A stretch of 64,000 nt of DNA, taken from contig OX597816.1 of the NCBI GenBank assembly GCA_951406725.2, positions 12,090,001 through 12,154,000 of the forward strand, given 5' to 3'. Positions 1 through 11,900 of the stretch are shown piece after piece. The notes beneath the pieces were generated by a model. That model saw only the letters and a list, made by a program, of their open reading frames with translations, did not search any database and was not told where the DNA came from. Every line of letters starts with the position of its first letter. Position 1 is the first letter of the stretch. Origin of the DNA: Octopus vulgaris. Taxonomy: Eukaryota. The translations under genes were made by a program, and so were the position numbers.

Positions 1-470
1 TGATTAACTATATATGCGTTTCTGGGTTAAAGAGATGTAAAAAGATGTAAAATCATATTTCTATTCACTTATTCCCTTCTTCAGTGTAGTATTTCAATTC
101 TAAATTTGAGAGAACTGATAATTAACATACATACTCGACCAAGCGCCATCGAATAGCCATTGAATAGCTCGACCAAGAGCCATCTTTACCTGTGTGAGTT
201 GTAGAGTATTGCTGTCTGGGAGATATCTTACTGTAGTGGAATAGTATTTAACTGCTATTTCTAAATTTTGGTATGTGGTGTAGCAAATTTTGCTGAGCCT
301 TAATTATAATTATGCTTATAATTATAGAACTTTTGCATATATATATATAATGTAAATCAAAATGAGGGTGAAAAATTGGATATTAATTTGATAACATCAA
401 TTTTAACACCAGTGGTCTAGCATATAAAAAACTGAGATTCAGTAAATAGAATTTTATACATAAATAATTA

Positions 471-633
471 GAGGGAACCACTATGTGGAAACCCTTATGC
501 TAGAAGAAGATCCTCTATGGTCTCAACCACTAAGAATTGTTCACCACTAAGAATTTTCTGGAGAACAATTCTTAGTGGTTGAGACTATAGCGGATCTTCT
601 TCTTGCATAAGGGTTTCCACATAGTGGTTTCTC
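471..633. repeat. Fold-back palindrome, ~70-bp arms
   Basis: gagggaaccactatgtggaaacccttatgc...ccactaagaattgttc (471-542) is the near-perfect reverse complement of 563-633; the short loop holds a duplicated accactaagaatt. Confidence 0.9.
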
Positions 634-1380
634 TTATATTTATGTATATATACATGTATGTATATATATATGTGTGTATATATGTGTGTATGTGTGTATT
701 GAATTTATTTGTAAATTTTAGTGTTTCCCACTCACTATTCGAGCGGAAAGTCATAGGTCATGCATTTTGGGATCAGCAATAAGTGTGGAAAGAAGCACAA
801 GCAATTAAATTGAGAATGAATGATAGGAGTAAAAGAGAATTATTGAAGAAGAATTCTGGAAACTGAAATTTAAAATGGAACTAATTAAGAAAAGGAACCT
901 TTGAAGTACTGTATCGAGGGGAATTAATTAAATTCCATGTTTTTCCCTTAAAAAAACAAAAACAAAAAAAAAAACTAATGATGGCTACAGAATAAATAAA
1001 TAAATAAATAAATAAAATCCTTATTTAATCTTTGCAATTTACTTTCAAAGAGAATTTTGTATTCAAAATTACTTCAGCTGTTTGCTTGGTTGAGTTGGCA
1101 AACTTTTTTTTTTTTTTTTTTGCTGCCAATATAGTTAAGCAAGTTTCTTTGTTTTTTTTTTTGCTTTTTCTTCTTTTCTTCTTTTTCGCTTTTATAGTCA
1201 ATTTAGGGGGTGGGGCCAGGGGGGTTGGTGGGGAGGGACTAAATGCGTTGAATTACAAGTTTCTAGTAAGTTCAGATAATTTTACAATTTGGCAATAAAT
1301 GTATGAACTTGCCCTTTTGCTGGGAAAAATTTTCGGTAAAATCTTTGATAAGCAATTTCGATTTAGATAAAGATCGTCAG

Positions 1381-1525
1381 CATCATCACAACCACCACCA
1401 CCACCACCACCACCACCATCACCACCACCAACACCACAACTACCACAACCATCATCACCACCACCACCACCACCACCACCACCACCATCACCACCATCAC
1501 CACCACCACCACCATCACCACCACC

Positions 1526-1557
<32 letters not shown>

Positions 1558-1620
1558 TGCCGTCGTTGTCGTTGTCTTCGTCGTCATCATCATCATCATC
1601 ATTATCATCAACAACAACAA
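1381..1620. repeat. (CAC)n/(CAT)n/(CAA)n compound microsatellite
   Basis: Read directly; source of the poly-His/Gly/Val ORFs. Confidence 0.95.
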
Positions 1621-1891
1621 CGCAACATGCAAAGAAGTGTGGGTTTTGTCTTAAAGTACACAGATTTCTCAGCCTGTAAAATAAATTCAAAAACCACTTT
1701 TAATTTTTAAAACTGACGTGTGTTAACATATACATGCATATATGTGTATATATATATGTGTGTGTGTGAGTGTGTGTGTATGTATATATGCGTGTTTGTA
1801 TGTGCATACGTGTAAGTCTGTGTGTGTGTGTGGCAGTGTGTACTATAAAACAAATGAGTGCAGGTGTACTGAAACATATTACAGCAACTTT

Positions 1892-2075
1892 TGGCCAGTG
1901 CCAGGTTGATGCCAGTGCTGCCTGGTGGCACATAAAATGCACCATTTGAGTGGTTGGTGTGAGGAAGGACATCCATCCATAAAAGATCAAGCCAAATCAG
2001 ATTGGAGCCTGGGGCAACCTTCCAGCATGCCAGCATGGACAACAGACATTAAATGATGATGATGATGATGATGAC
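1892..2075 (+). mobile_element. SINE family 3 copy (ggtggcacgtaaaaagcacc core, ggaagggcatcc motif, (GAT)n tail), decayed
   Basis: Same motifs recur at 3039, 6878, 17110, 23388, 35450, 45322, 53980, 57010, 60690 and 61455. Confidence 0.75.
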
Positions 2076-2121
<46 letters not shown>

Positions 2122-2283
2122 AGAAAATGGAGGGGATCCAGAGATAATATACATAACCTGTTAGACAACATATTATGTCTATTTATTTATTATAAACAAT
2201 TATGGGAGCATATATTCATATGTAAAGATTGTGTTTTACATACATAAGTACCAGTAATTTTTAGAATAGAGAAAGAAGAACAG

Positions 2284-2365
2284 TTTCTTACAGCTGTTTC
2301 TGCCAAGAGGTCACAGTACTCCACATATTATTTCCATGGAAATAACATATTGCCTCGTTAGGAAA
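2284..2365 (-). ncRNA. Decayed type-I hammerhead motif in the 3' flank of the Penelope-like remnant
   Basis: Minus strand: tttc CTAACGA ggca...tggca GAAA cagctg TA agaaa; palindromic stem III (ACAGCTGT); core G5 mutated. Confidence 0.6.
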
Positions 2366-2466
2366 TGCTAGGATGAGGAGTAAAAGCTAATATATAAAAA
2401 CGTTAATGAGGCTGGTTTATCTCCTCTGGACCAGAGGATAAAAAGCCTCTACAGTCTCATAACAGC

Positions 2467-3597
2467 CTAACCAGTAAATGAGGAGAGTGAGTTTTCCAGC
2501 TGGTGGTGCTTGAAATGGACACATTTTGAGAAAATATTTTTACAGTTATTTAACACATAAGGTTTAGCATAGTCCTTAAGAATTTTGCTTTTCTCCGTGA
2601 TGTAGATTTTACAATGGCCACTCCCATTAATATATAGGCCTGGAGGTTCTATTATTTTCCATCTGATATCACACCGAGTCCCTCGATCTTTGAGGTTCCA
2701 CACATGATTGGCTAGGGATGTGATAAAAAGTCTTTCAGGGACTCTGAAGGATGACCAATGGTTGCAGAAGCATCATTTGAAAGATGTACTGGCTGATCTG
2801 ATACACTTGCAAACTTGGGAGATGGCTATATTTGCACTCTTGGTATATCTCTGGTAGGCTCCAGGCCTTGGGATGCTGTTGGTAACACCGTTGCTAAAGT
2901 TGTTGTTATGGTGCAATGATCCAGTATTGTTATTGCCATGGTTTTCACTTCTGGTCGTATGGTTGACGTTGATGCCACTGACATTAGTGTGAGTGCAACC
3001 GTGGTAACGTATGGCATGGGGCCAGTCACTCCATTAGTCATCATCATCATCATCATCATCGTTTAACGTCCGTTTTCCATGCTAGCATGGGTTGGACGGT
3101 TCGACCAGGGTCTGGGAAGCCAGGAGGCTGCACCAGGCTCCAGTCTGATCTGGCAGAGTTTCTACAGCTGGATGCCCTTCCTAACGCCAACCACTCCGCG
3201 AGTGTAGTGGGTGCTTTTTACGTGCCTCCTGCACAGTATAGTGTTGATGATAAATGTTTGGTCATCATCTGAGGTGGTGGTCCTGGGGTCGTTGGTTACC
3301 TCTGTGCTGCTGGTCCCAGACTGGTCATTATCTCTGACTGTGGCGATTATACAGACATAATATGTGGTTAATCTGCCATTATTGCTGGTAATGCAGATAG
3401 CAGGTCTAGGTGTCACCATAGCTTCGTAGACGACTCTTTCAGCCTCGCATTGGCCTCCAACTGGATCGTTATTGTATAACCTTAAAGAGCAACCTACCTC
3501 CGCCTTTGCTTTGTGGATGCTTGTTAAAATGCTTTTTATGTTAGGTGCACAACTAAAGGAGACTCCTTGGTTGTGCCACTTAAATAAATGCCCACAC

Positions 3598-3631
<34 letters not shown>

Positions 3632-3730
3632 TGCTAATCTATTAATCTGAGGAAAATCTTTCCTACACAAGTCTTGACATTGAGCAAGAAGGGTGGAACA
3701 AACCAAACGACATTTCTTTGGTGTAATTAT
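2467..3730 (-). pseudogene. Penelope-like element (PLE) ORF remnant: RT thumb/linker plus GIY-YIG endonuclease, possibly Naiad-like
   Basis: Minus-strand translation: RNVVWFVPPFLLNVKTCVGKIFLRLID*HF ... VSFSCAPNIKSIL ... PVGGQCEAERVVYEAMV ... VY(I)xSASTSFK*CFCNH ... TSLANHVWNLKDRGTRCDIRWKII ... CKIYITEKSKIL ... LNNCKNIFSKCVH; broken by stops, a frameshift, a (CA)n tract and a SINE. Confidence 0.85.
3039..3232 (-). mobile_element. SINE family 3 copy nested in the PLE remnant
   Basis: catcatcgtttaacgtccgttttccatgctagc...gatgcccttcctaacgccaaccac...gctttttacgtgcc, nearly identical to the copy at 45322. Confidence 0.85.
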
Positions 3731-4489
3731 TCAATTGTTTATTCTGACAGAGCAACTATGTTATTAGGATGTTGTTTATTTTTGCTTAAGTCCTGCTGAT
3801 TCTGCAATGTGTCTAGTGCATTGGCACCAAAAAAGTCTTTGAGAAGTAAGAATGCAATAAAACAGCCATTTTGCTTGAAAACAATTACAAAACAGACAAA
3901 TAATTTTTAAACAACAGGAAAAATGGTTGTTGTAACAAAGCCGTTTTGTCTATTATTACAAGAATGTCAATGATATGTAATTAAACATTTGCAGTCAAAT
4001 AATTTCGAATTGTCTTGCTCGTTAACAAGAATCTTCTTAAATATCTACTTAACAAACTAGTTTTATCCCTGCCTTGTACAAACGTCTACATTTATTGTCT
4101 TTGATGGTTTCTGCCTTGGCAACCATTCTTAATTGTTTTATTCTGACTACACTAATGATTCTTGTATAGAATCTGAATCACATGCAGCATTTCATGCCCA
4201 TCACCTACTTGTATCCTTGGCTGTTATACAAGCACTCCAAACACCCTTGGTTGATTTCTTACTTCAAAACTTAGCTTTAACAACTTTATCCCCATCTCCC
4301 GGTCAGTCAGATTATCCAGCCATTCTCTTACAAAGGCTATTCTCCACACATCTGCACACTGATCAACAGCCTTTCATGTTCTGAACATCAAGGTGCTTAA
4401 GCTGGTTGTTGGTCTGCAAGTTTCCTGTTAATGCTTCATTCACAGTGGGAAATGTGTTTTGCAACTGATTGATCTGCAGCAGCTAAACA

Positions 4490-4930
4490 TCGATGTCTGA
4501 TGACAACAAGGTCTGTGCTCTCAGCAATGAGAATGCATATGACTCTGCAGTCCAAAAGTGGAAGCACACAGGTGCCCACAGATATCACAATTGTTTGTTG
4601 ACTAGGTTGATGTAAATGCTGCCCTGTGATGTCTTTCTTTTACAGCATCAAGACACTGTTGCCAGTCCTCTTCAAAGGCAGCTGCTTCTCATGAGGTAAG
4701 CGACCTCCGTGTTGATCAATTTTGCATGAACCTATGCTGCTCCATTTGAGGCTGCTTTTCAGTTTGGGTTTTCCTTGTTTGCATGAGCCTGGCATGAGCT
4801 CACTGTACAACAGTTGTCTGGGTATAATAAAGTTGTCAATCATTCTGATGACACAGCCAGTATATCATAACTGAGCTTTCAGCAACATTGACTCAATGCT
4901 TGCTGAAGTAGCTCTGTCTAACTCTGCCAA
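4490..4930 (-). pseudogene. RTE-clade LINE 3' remnant (C-terminus with terminal C2H2-like finger)
   Basis: SIESMLLKAQL*YTGCVIRM...IPRQLLYSELMPGSCKQGKPKL...ICGHLCASTFGLQSHMHSH. Confidence 0.75.
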
Positions 4931-5340
4931 TCTAAAGAGCAACAAATTCTAAATTTGTCAGGCAGGATGCATGTCTTCTACCTCTTAAATATCAATTACT
5001 TCTTTCATCTCTTCACATAAGGATCTGCTCCAACTATGCAAATTATCCCAGATTTTAGGGGAGCAAGATATCACATATTATTATGAAATCTGGGCGTAAT
5101 ATATAAATATATATATATATATGCATATTAGAGGGAATATACTATTTATCTCAAAGATTATCACAAAGATTATTGAAGTAAAGATTGTTTGCCAACATAA
5201 CATGGCAGTCCTGGTTAAGGACAAATGTTGCTGTAATTTAGCCCCAGGAGACATCATATCCAGCTGGCTATACAGCACGATCTGTGTCCTTATATTTTCG
5301 AACAAGGGAATCTAGCACCTTCACTCAGCTCAAAACAATA

Positions 5341-5385
5341 TCTGTGTATCGTGATTTCTGGGTTATTTCCCTTCATCAGCACAGA
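5341..5385 (-). ncRNA. Minimal type-I hammerhead motif (left arm)
   Basis: Minus: tctgtg CTGATGA a ggg aaataa ccc a GAAA tcacga TA cacaga. Confidence 0.7.
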
Positions 5386-5448
5386 ATAATTGTTCAGCTA
5401 GAGGTGGCACTGTTAAATTCCAGTTCGAAATATATAGTTTTCAATTAT

Positions 5449-5493
5449 TCTGTGCTGATGAAGGGAAATAACCCGGAAATCGTGATACACAGA
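5449..5493 (+). ncRNA. Minimal type-I hammerhead motif (right arm)
   Basis: tctgtg CTGATGA a ggg aaataa ccc g GAAA tcgtga TA cacaga; stem I tctgtg/cacaga, stem II ggg/ccc, near-palindromic stem III. Confidence 0.7.
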
Positions 5494-5837
5494 TATTGTT
5501 TTGAGCTGAGTGGGGATGCTAGATTCCCTTGTTCGAAAATATAAGGACAATGATCGTGTCGTATAGCCAGCTGGAGACGATGTCTCCTGGGGCTAAATTA
5601 CAGCAACATTCGTCCTAAACAAAGACTGCCATGTTATATGTTGGCAAACAATCTTTACTCCAAAGTACTGTTGCTGAATATCTCTCGTTGTGAGATTTAA
5701 AAATAGCAATTTTCTAAAGACTATTGAGTTGAGAGTAAGTGTACCAATGACCTATCAGGCTGTCTGCCTGTTGCTTTTTATTTTGACAACACAGTTACAG
5801 GAATATTTAGGACAGGAACTAGAAAAAGTGAGAAATT

Positions 5838-6290
5838 CTCTCTTCCTCCCTCTCTCTACCTCTCTCTATCTCTTTCTCTCTCTCTACCTCTCTCTTTCCT
5901 TCTCTCTCTCTTTCACCTTCCCTTTCTTCCTTCCTCATTTTGGCTTAATTTCTGTCCCTCCTGCTCTCTTTCTCTCTCCCTCTCCTACTCACTCTCTCCC
6001 TTCGTCTGTCCCTCTCTCTCCGCCTTCCTCTTCACTTCCTTCCTTCCTCCTCTCTCTCCCCTTCCTCTTCTCTTCCTCCTCCTCCTCCTCCTCTCTCTCC
6101 CCTTCCTCTTCTCTTCTCTTCCTTCCTTCCTCCTCCTCCTCTCTCTCCCCTCAATTCTTCCCTTCCTTCCTTCCTCCTCCTCTCTCTTCCTTCCTTCTTC
6201 CTCCTCTCTCCCCCCTCATTCTTCTCTTCCTTCCTCCTCCTCTTCTCTCTCTCTCTCTCTATCACTCCTTCCTTCTCTATCTTTCTCTCC
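5838..6290. repeat. Polypyrimidine (CT/CCT/CTT) low-complexity tract
   Basis: Read directly. Confidence 0.9.
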
Positions 6291-6877
6291 CCACCACCGC
6301 AACAACCCAGTTTATAAAAACCATTCATGAATTGGTAAAATTCCAGATACAAGTGACATGTGGCAAACTGCCACATTTTACTTTTTATCACATGTTCTTG
6401 TTTCTGCAAAAAAAAAAAACCCAAAAAAAAAATCTCTTAAATTTGAAAAATGTATAAAACAGAAACAAAAAAAAAAATTCATTCTAAGCATTTCGTTGAA
6501 ATAATCTTGTAATCTTGTTTTTCTGTTTATTCCATTTTTTTTTCGGTGTGTTGTCTTGTATTGAAAACATCTCTGAGGAAATCTATAAGTAATCAATAAT
6601 AAGACTATTGATGATAGTCTATTTTTTTTTGTTCTATCTTTTATTAACATTTTTTTCAGTCTTTGGATGAGGGCCAGCCTGGGCACCAAATTGAAAGGTT
6701 TTATGGAACAAATTGACCCCCTGTACATGTGGTTTTTTTTTAAAGTGTTTTGAATCTGGCACTTACCCTACTGATCTCTTTCGCCAAACTGCTAAGTTAT
6801 GAGGATGTAAACAAACCAACATCGGTTGTCAAGAGTGGAGTGCAGTGACAAACACAGATGCAAAGACATACACATAC

Positions 6878-7160
6878 ATCATCATCATCATCATCATCAT
6901 CGTCGTCATCATTTAACATCCATTGTCCATGCTGGCATGAGTTGGACAGTTTGACCAAGGCTGGCAAAGTTAGAAGAGGCTGCACCAGACTCCTGTCTGG
7001 TTTGGCATGGTTTCTACATCTGGATGCCCTTCATAATGCCAACCACTCTGAGAGTGTAATGGGTACTTTTATGTGCCACTAGCACGGGTGCCATTTGCGT
7101 GACACCACACTCAGTGAGTGTAATGGGTGCTTTTACATGCCACCAGTATGGGTGCCATTT
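6878..7160 (-). mobile_element. SINE family 3 copy
   Basis: (CAT)n-ttaacatccattgtccatgctggcatg...gatgcccttcataatgccaaccac...tttatgtgccac. Confidence 0.75.
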
Positions 7161-7459
7161 GTGTGACACCAGTATCTGCCCCGACTGTGATTCTACTTGG
7201 CTTGATGGGCCTTTTTCTCAAGCACAACATAATGCCAAAGGTCTCAGTCATTTGTCATTGCCCCCATGAGGCCCAACACTCAAAGGAGCATTTCCACGTG
7301 CCTCCAGCATCAGCCACTTTGCCTCCCATCATAGACAACACATGAGTGTTCAGATTAATTGTGACAGAGAACATGGGGGATAACATGGCAGTGACATGCT
7401 GCATGTTCAATTCAGATGTTAGGGCAACCTGCACAGACCCATGCGACAGACCAACAACA

Positions 7460-7614
7460 TAAGTAATTATTTACATTATTTACATTTGATGTATATTTGT
7501 CCTCATCTTGTTTGTTGTTAACACATTTCAGCTGATATACCCTCCAGCTTTCATCAGGTGTCTTGGGGAAATTTCGAACTTGGATTCTCATTCCTAAGGT
7601 ATTTTTCGATGTTG

Positions 7615-7681
<67 letters not shown>

Positions 7682-7724
7682 CATCATTATTATTGTTATT
7701 GTTCAGGTCACTGCTTGGAATCGA
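7460..7724 (-). mobile_element. Family A element: partial tRNA-like head, (AAT)n, hammerhead-bearing tail (stem III deleted in this copy)
   Basis: Homologous to 32548-32835, 34280-34435, 38098-38684 and 38682-39110. Confidence 0.8.
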
Positions 7725-7862
7725 CTTTGCCTTTCATCCTTTTGAGGTCAATAAATTAAGTACCAGTTAGGCACTGGGGTCGATCTAATTGACTTAATCC
7801 CTTTGTCTGTCCTTGTTTGTCCCCTCTATGTTTAGCCCCTTGTGGGTAGTAAAGAAATAAGA

Positions 7863-8185
7863 AACATGGTGTATGATCCATTGCCTCATCCCTGTAAGCA
7901 TTCTGAAATGTGCTCAATGTCTCTGAAGCAGACTTCCCAAGTTTAACACAGAATTTCACATCAGCTCTTTGTCCCAACTTACTGTCCATGACAAAATTGC
8001 AGACTACAGTAGACATGTGATCACAGAATCACAAATTCCACAAGTTACCAAGTAAACACAGGGATGACACTCAGAACACTGTTTCATGAAAGCCACTTCT
8101 AACTCTCACTGAACATGCAACTCTGTGCCGCCATCTGTTGGCATGCTAGAGAACCAGTCCAGGAATGTTTTGATATCACCTCGTA
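7863..8185 (-). mobile_element. Mariner transposon 5' fragment (TIR plus N-terminal HTH)
   Basis: TA-CGAGGTGATATCAAAA terminus; MDSKLGQRADVKFCVKLGKSASETLSTFQNAYRDEAMDHTPC resembles the mariner transposase N-terminus. Confidence 0.85.
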
Positions 8186-9177
8186 GTTGGCATTAGGTAA
8201 CAGGGAAGGTATCTTACAATTGAAAATCTGTTTTGACAAATCCTATTTGATTTATGCAAACATGAAAAAACTGGATGATGATGATGACTATCATGATGAT
8301 ATACATTAATAATCATTGTTCTATAGAATAATGGAACACTGTATACCGTGACTAGAAAACAATAGTTAAATATCTAATGCATATTTAAATTATCAAACCC
8401 AAATTTATTCAAAATGAAATCTATGAACACGCATACTTATTTGCAGAATAAATTTCCCTGTTGAATGTCATGGAAGAAAAATAGCCTTAAGATGGCATCT
8501 TACCAATGATAATGTATTGAGAAATATCTCATGATCTTGTTCATTTACTCTTAAAAATATCAATTTTCAAAAAAAAAATTTGGAGAAAAGAAATAGAGAA
8601 TGATGTGTCTACCAATATTTAATCAAAATCTTGACATGTAATTATGCAAATCCCAATTAAATATAAGTCTAAAATTATCATAAAAACAATTGTTATCTTA
8701 ATTAACTTAGTTTAATATTTGCGCAAGGTTGACTGCTTCCATGACATTTCAAATACATTATCGTATTTATCGAGAATAAAATTATCAAATATAAACCATC
8801 ATTCAGTTTTTGTTTTCTCCATATCATGATTTGCATGAGTTTGTCTTATAAATCATGTTTGCATTCACCTTATTTCAGCATAATCTTATCTGTACAAGCT
8901 TGTTTCATTCAAATCTATCTTCTCTATCTGTTATTTACCACCTCATGTCATTGACTCTTCTAGATTTATCCATTATAGATCTATTAACTCTAACAACACC
9001 AATGCATCCGTCTTTCACACTTACAACAGGGGCTCTAATATATGGAGTCAGACAACGGAAAACAGAACACAATGAATTCAACATTTTTCAGTATTTTGAG
9101 AAATTTCTCAGTATTTTGTGTTCTGATCGTTGTAAGTTTTAATTTGTCCATAATCACACAAAGAATCGATAAAATAT

Positions 9178-9653
9178 TTATTTCCTTATTGACCACAAGG
9201 GGCTAAACATAGAGTGGACAAACAAGGACAGACAAAGGGATTAAGTTGATTATATTGACCTCAGTGCATAACTGGTACATAATTTATCGACCCCAAAAGA
9301 ATGAAAGGCAAAGTCGACCTCGGCGGAATTTGAACTCAGAACGTAACGGCAGACGAAATACCGCTAAGCATTTCACCCAGCATGCTAACGGTTCTGCCAA
9401 CTTGCTGCCTTCAGTTTCTTATTTCTTTACTACCCACAAGGGGCTAAACATAGAGGGGACAAACAAGGACAGACAAAGGGATTAAGTCGATGATATCGAC
9501 TCCAGTGTATAACTAGTACTTATTTAATCGACCCCGAAAGAATGAAAGGCAAAGTCGACCTCAGCGGAATATGAACTCAGAACGTAGTGGCAGACGAAAT
9601 ACAGCTGAGCATTTCGCCCAGCATGCTAACGCTTCTGCGAGCTCACCGCCTTA
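9178..9653 (-). mobile_element. Two tandem SINE family 1 copies (tRNA-like head, MetaSINE-like core gactttgcctttcatcctttcggggtcgataaattaagtaccag, tail A)
   Basis: ~235-bp unit repeated many times in the window; B-box-like gagttcaaattcc. Confidence 0.9.
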
Positions 9654-10022
9654 AAAATCAATAAAATATCATCGCCATCATCCTCATCATCATTTAACAT
9701 CCATATTCTGTGCAGGTTTGGTATGGATGGTTCAACAGGATCTGATCGGTCTAAGCACTGCATTCTTCTCTCCTGCCTGCTTTATCATGGTTCCAATGGC
9801 TGGATGCTCTTTCTAAGGCCAACTATTTTACAGCTTGTACTGGAGTCTCCTTTCATGCCACCGGCACTATTGCAGACACCATGCAGCTAGCAAGACTATG
9901 AACAATGTATGGTGGTAGTGGTCATGGAAGGGGTAATGAAATATAATATGGTATGACGGTAATATAATGATTTCATACAGCTTGTTAATAATCTCTTCCA
10001 TTTTCTTTACAAAGATTGGATC

Positions 10023-10790
10023 TATGTGGTCTGATCAATAAGTATCCGGACTGTTGCTATAGTAACGCAGCTAAATCATGCAGAGTAAAGGCACTTGACA
10101 CAGATTGACCTTAAACTCTGCTGTACATGTGCACTAAGTTTTATCCTTCTAGCTCTCCTCTGCTGTTTACTACAGTGCTTAGTAGGAAGGTGTGTAGCAT
10201 GTGATCATTTCACTGACCATGACAGAGGAAGTTGAGCAGAGAATCTGGATCAAATTTTGGCAAAAGTTTGGTGATACCTGCTCAGAGGTCTATGCAAAGT
10301 TCTCATAAAGTTTTCCTCATTCTTGACACGATTGAGATCTTGTCCAACTGAAACCCAAGTGAACTTTTGGTCAGCTAAAAGCAGTTTTAGCACAAACTTG
10401 GCAAACATGCGTCTGATACCCAAATCTTCAATGATAATAGACTGAACTGTAACTAATCTGCACATCCTCTGATTGATAACTCATGGATCGTGATTCAACA
10501 ATCTCCCCTCGCAGCTGCACGCATATCTGTGATGTTTTTCTCAGTTCTGCTGGTTGTGATTCTCCCAGAATATTCGTCAATATCAACAGACTCTCTGCTC
10601 AACTTTCTATGTCATGTTCAATGCGACGATCACACTCTACACACTTTCCTTCCAAGCACTGCTGTAAACAGCAGAGTTCAACATCAATCTGTACCAAGCA
10701 GCTTTACTCTACATTCTTTAGCTTCGTTACCATGGCAACAGTCTTGATATTTATCGATCAGACCTGTCAACTTATTGATCAGACCTGGTA
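10023..10790. mobile_element. Rearranged mariner derivative with two inward-facing 5' ends
   Basis: TIR ggtctgatcaataagtatccggactgttgc at both ends, bounded by TA; + strand MTEEVEQRIWIKFWQKFGDTCSEVYAK; - strand ...SVQSIIIEDLGIRRMFAKFVLKLL. Confidence 0.85.
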
Positions 10791-10902
10791 CTTATTGATC
10801 AGATATGTCAAGAAGAATTTATGTTTATACTTTACCAAGGCTTCTGCCTAAATTTGAACCATCTCATTCTGATACCCAGTTTAGAAACACAGCTTAATTA
10901 TA

Positions 10903-11318
10903 TATTTCTTTACTACCCACAAGGGGCTAAACACAGAGAGGACAAACAAAGACAGACAAACGGATTAAGTCGATTATTTAACCCCAGTGTGTAACTGGTA
11001 CTTATTTAATCGACCCCGAAAGGATGAAAGGCAAAGTCAACCTCAGCGGAATTTGAACTCAGAACATAACGGCAGACACAATACCTATTTCTTTACTACC
11101 CACAAGGAGCTAAACACAGAGAGGACAAACAAGGACAGAGAAACGGATTAAGTCGATTAGATCGACCCCAGTCTGTAACTGGTACTTATTTAATCGACTC
11201 TGAAAGGATGAAAGGCAAAGTCGACCTCAGCGGAATTTGAACTCAGAACATAACGGCAGACGAAATACTGCTACGCATTTCGCCCGGCGTGCTAACGTTT
11301 CTGCCAGCTCGCCGCCTT
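10903..11318 (-). mobile_element. Two nested/tandem SINE family 1 copies
   Basis: Second copy starts at aatacc|tatttctttactaccc inside the first. Confidence 0.9.
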
Positions 11319-11900
11319 GCTTAATTATATTTCTATAAATTATATTTCTATAATAAGTAAGGCCAGCCCCTTGAACTTAAGAACATCATGATAAAAGGCA
11401 TGAAATGCTTACGTAGATGTTTCTCAAGTAATCAATATTGATCAGCAAGCAAAGGGGGCAGATTTAAAAGAAGCATCACATATATCCCTCTCTCCTCACT
11501 TCTCTTCACATCATAAATTAAGGGGCCACTCAGACACCTCATCACCATTTTCATATTTCTCCAGCTCCCGATTATAGAAAGCTGGAGTATTGAACCTGCA
11601 AACAGAGTCACCTCAGCATTTACAAAGAAATCTATCATTTAGTTCCATAAAAGGTTATTCTCCTTTCCTTTTACTTGTTTTGCCTAACATACATTGTTCG
11701 TTATGCAAAGGTAATTAATCTTGCAAATGTAATTAATCTTGTGCTATCATGCTGACACAAATACCTATCTATATACATACACATGTCTCTCTTCGCTATA
11801 ATTATTTACCTTATTCTGTTTATAATAACCAACAGAACACGTAACAGAATTAATTAAAACATTATTTCTATCTCATGCAGTTAACCTTTAAATATCACAT

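Larger units (their letters stand above)
5177..5659. mobile_element. ~480-bp fold-back element; ~215-bp inverted arms each carrying a hammerhead motif
   Basis: Arm 5177-5392 is the reverse complement of 5442-5659; ~50-bp spacer. Confidence 0.9.

Noticed and set aside
2400-2466. Possible SECIS element after the PLE ORF (some Naiad elements encode selenoproteins)
   Set aside because: A hairpin is present but lacks the AUGA..AA..GA geometry, and the in-frame TGA falls at an Arg-type position, consistent with CpG decay
5690-6457. 255-aa Ser/Leu/Pro-rich ORF
   Set aside because: Stop-free only because of the polypyrimidine tract
11413-11595. 183-nt minus-strand segment with good acceptor (tttgcag) and donor (gtaagc)
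   Set aside because: Stop codons in all three frames; cannot be an internal coding exon, though a non-coding exon is not excluded
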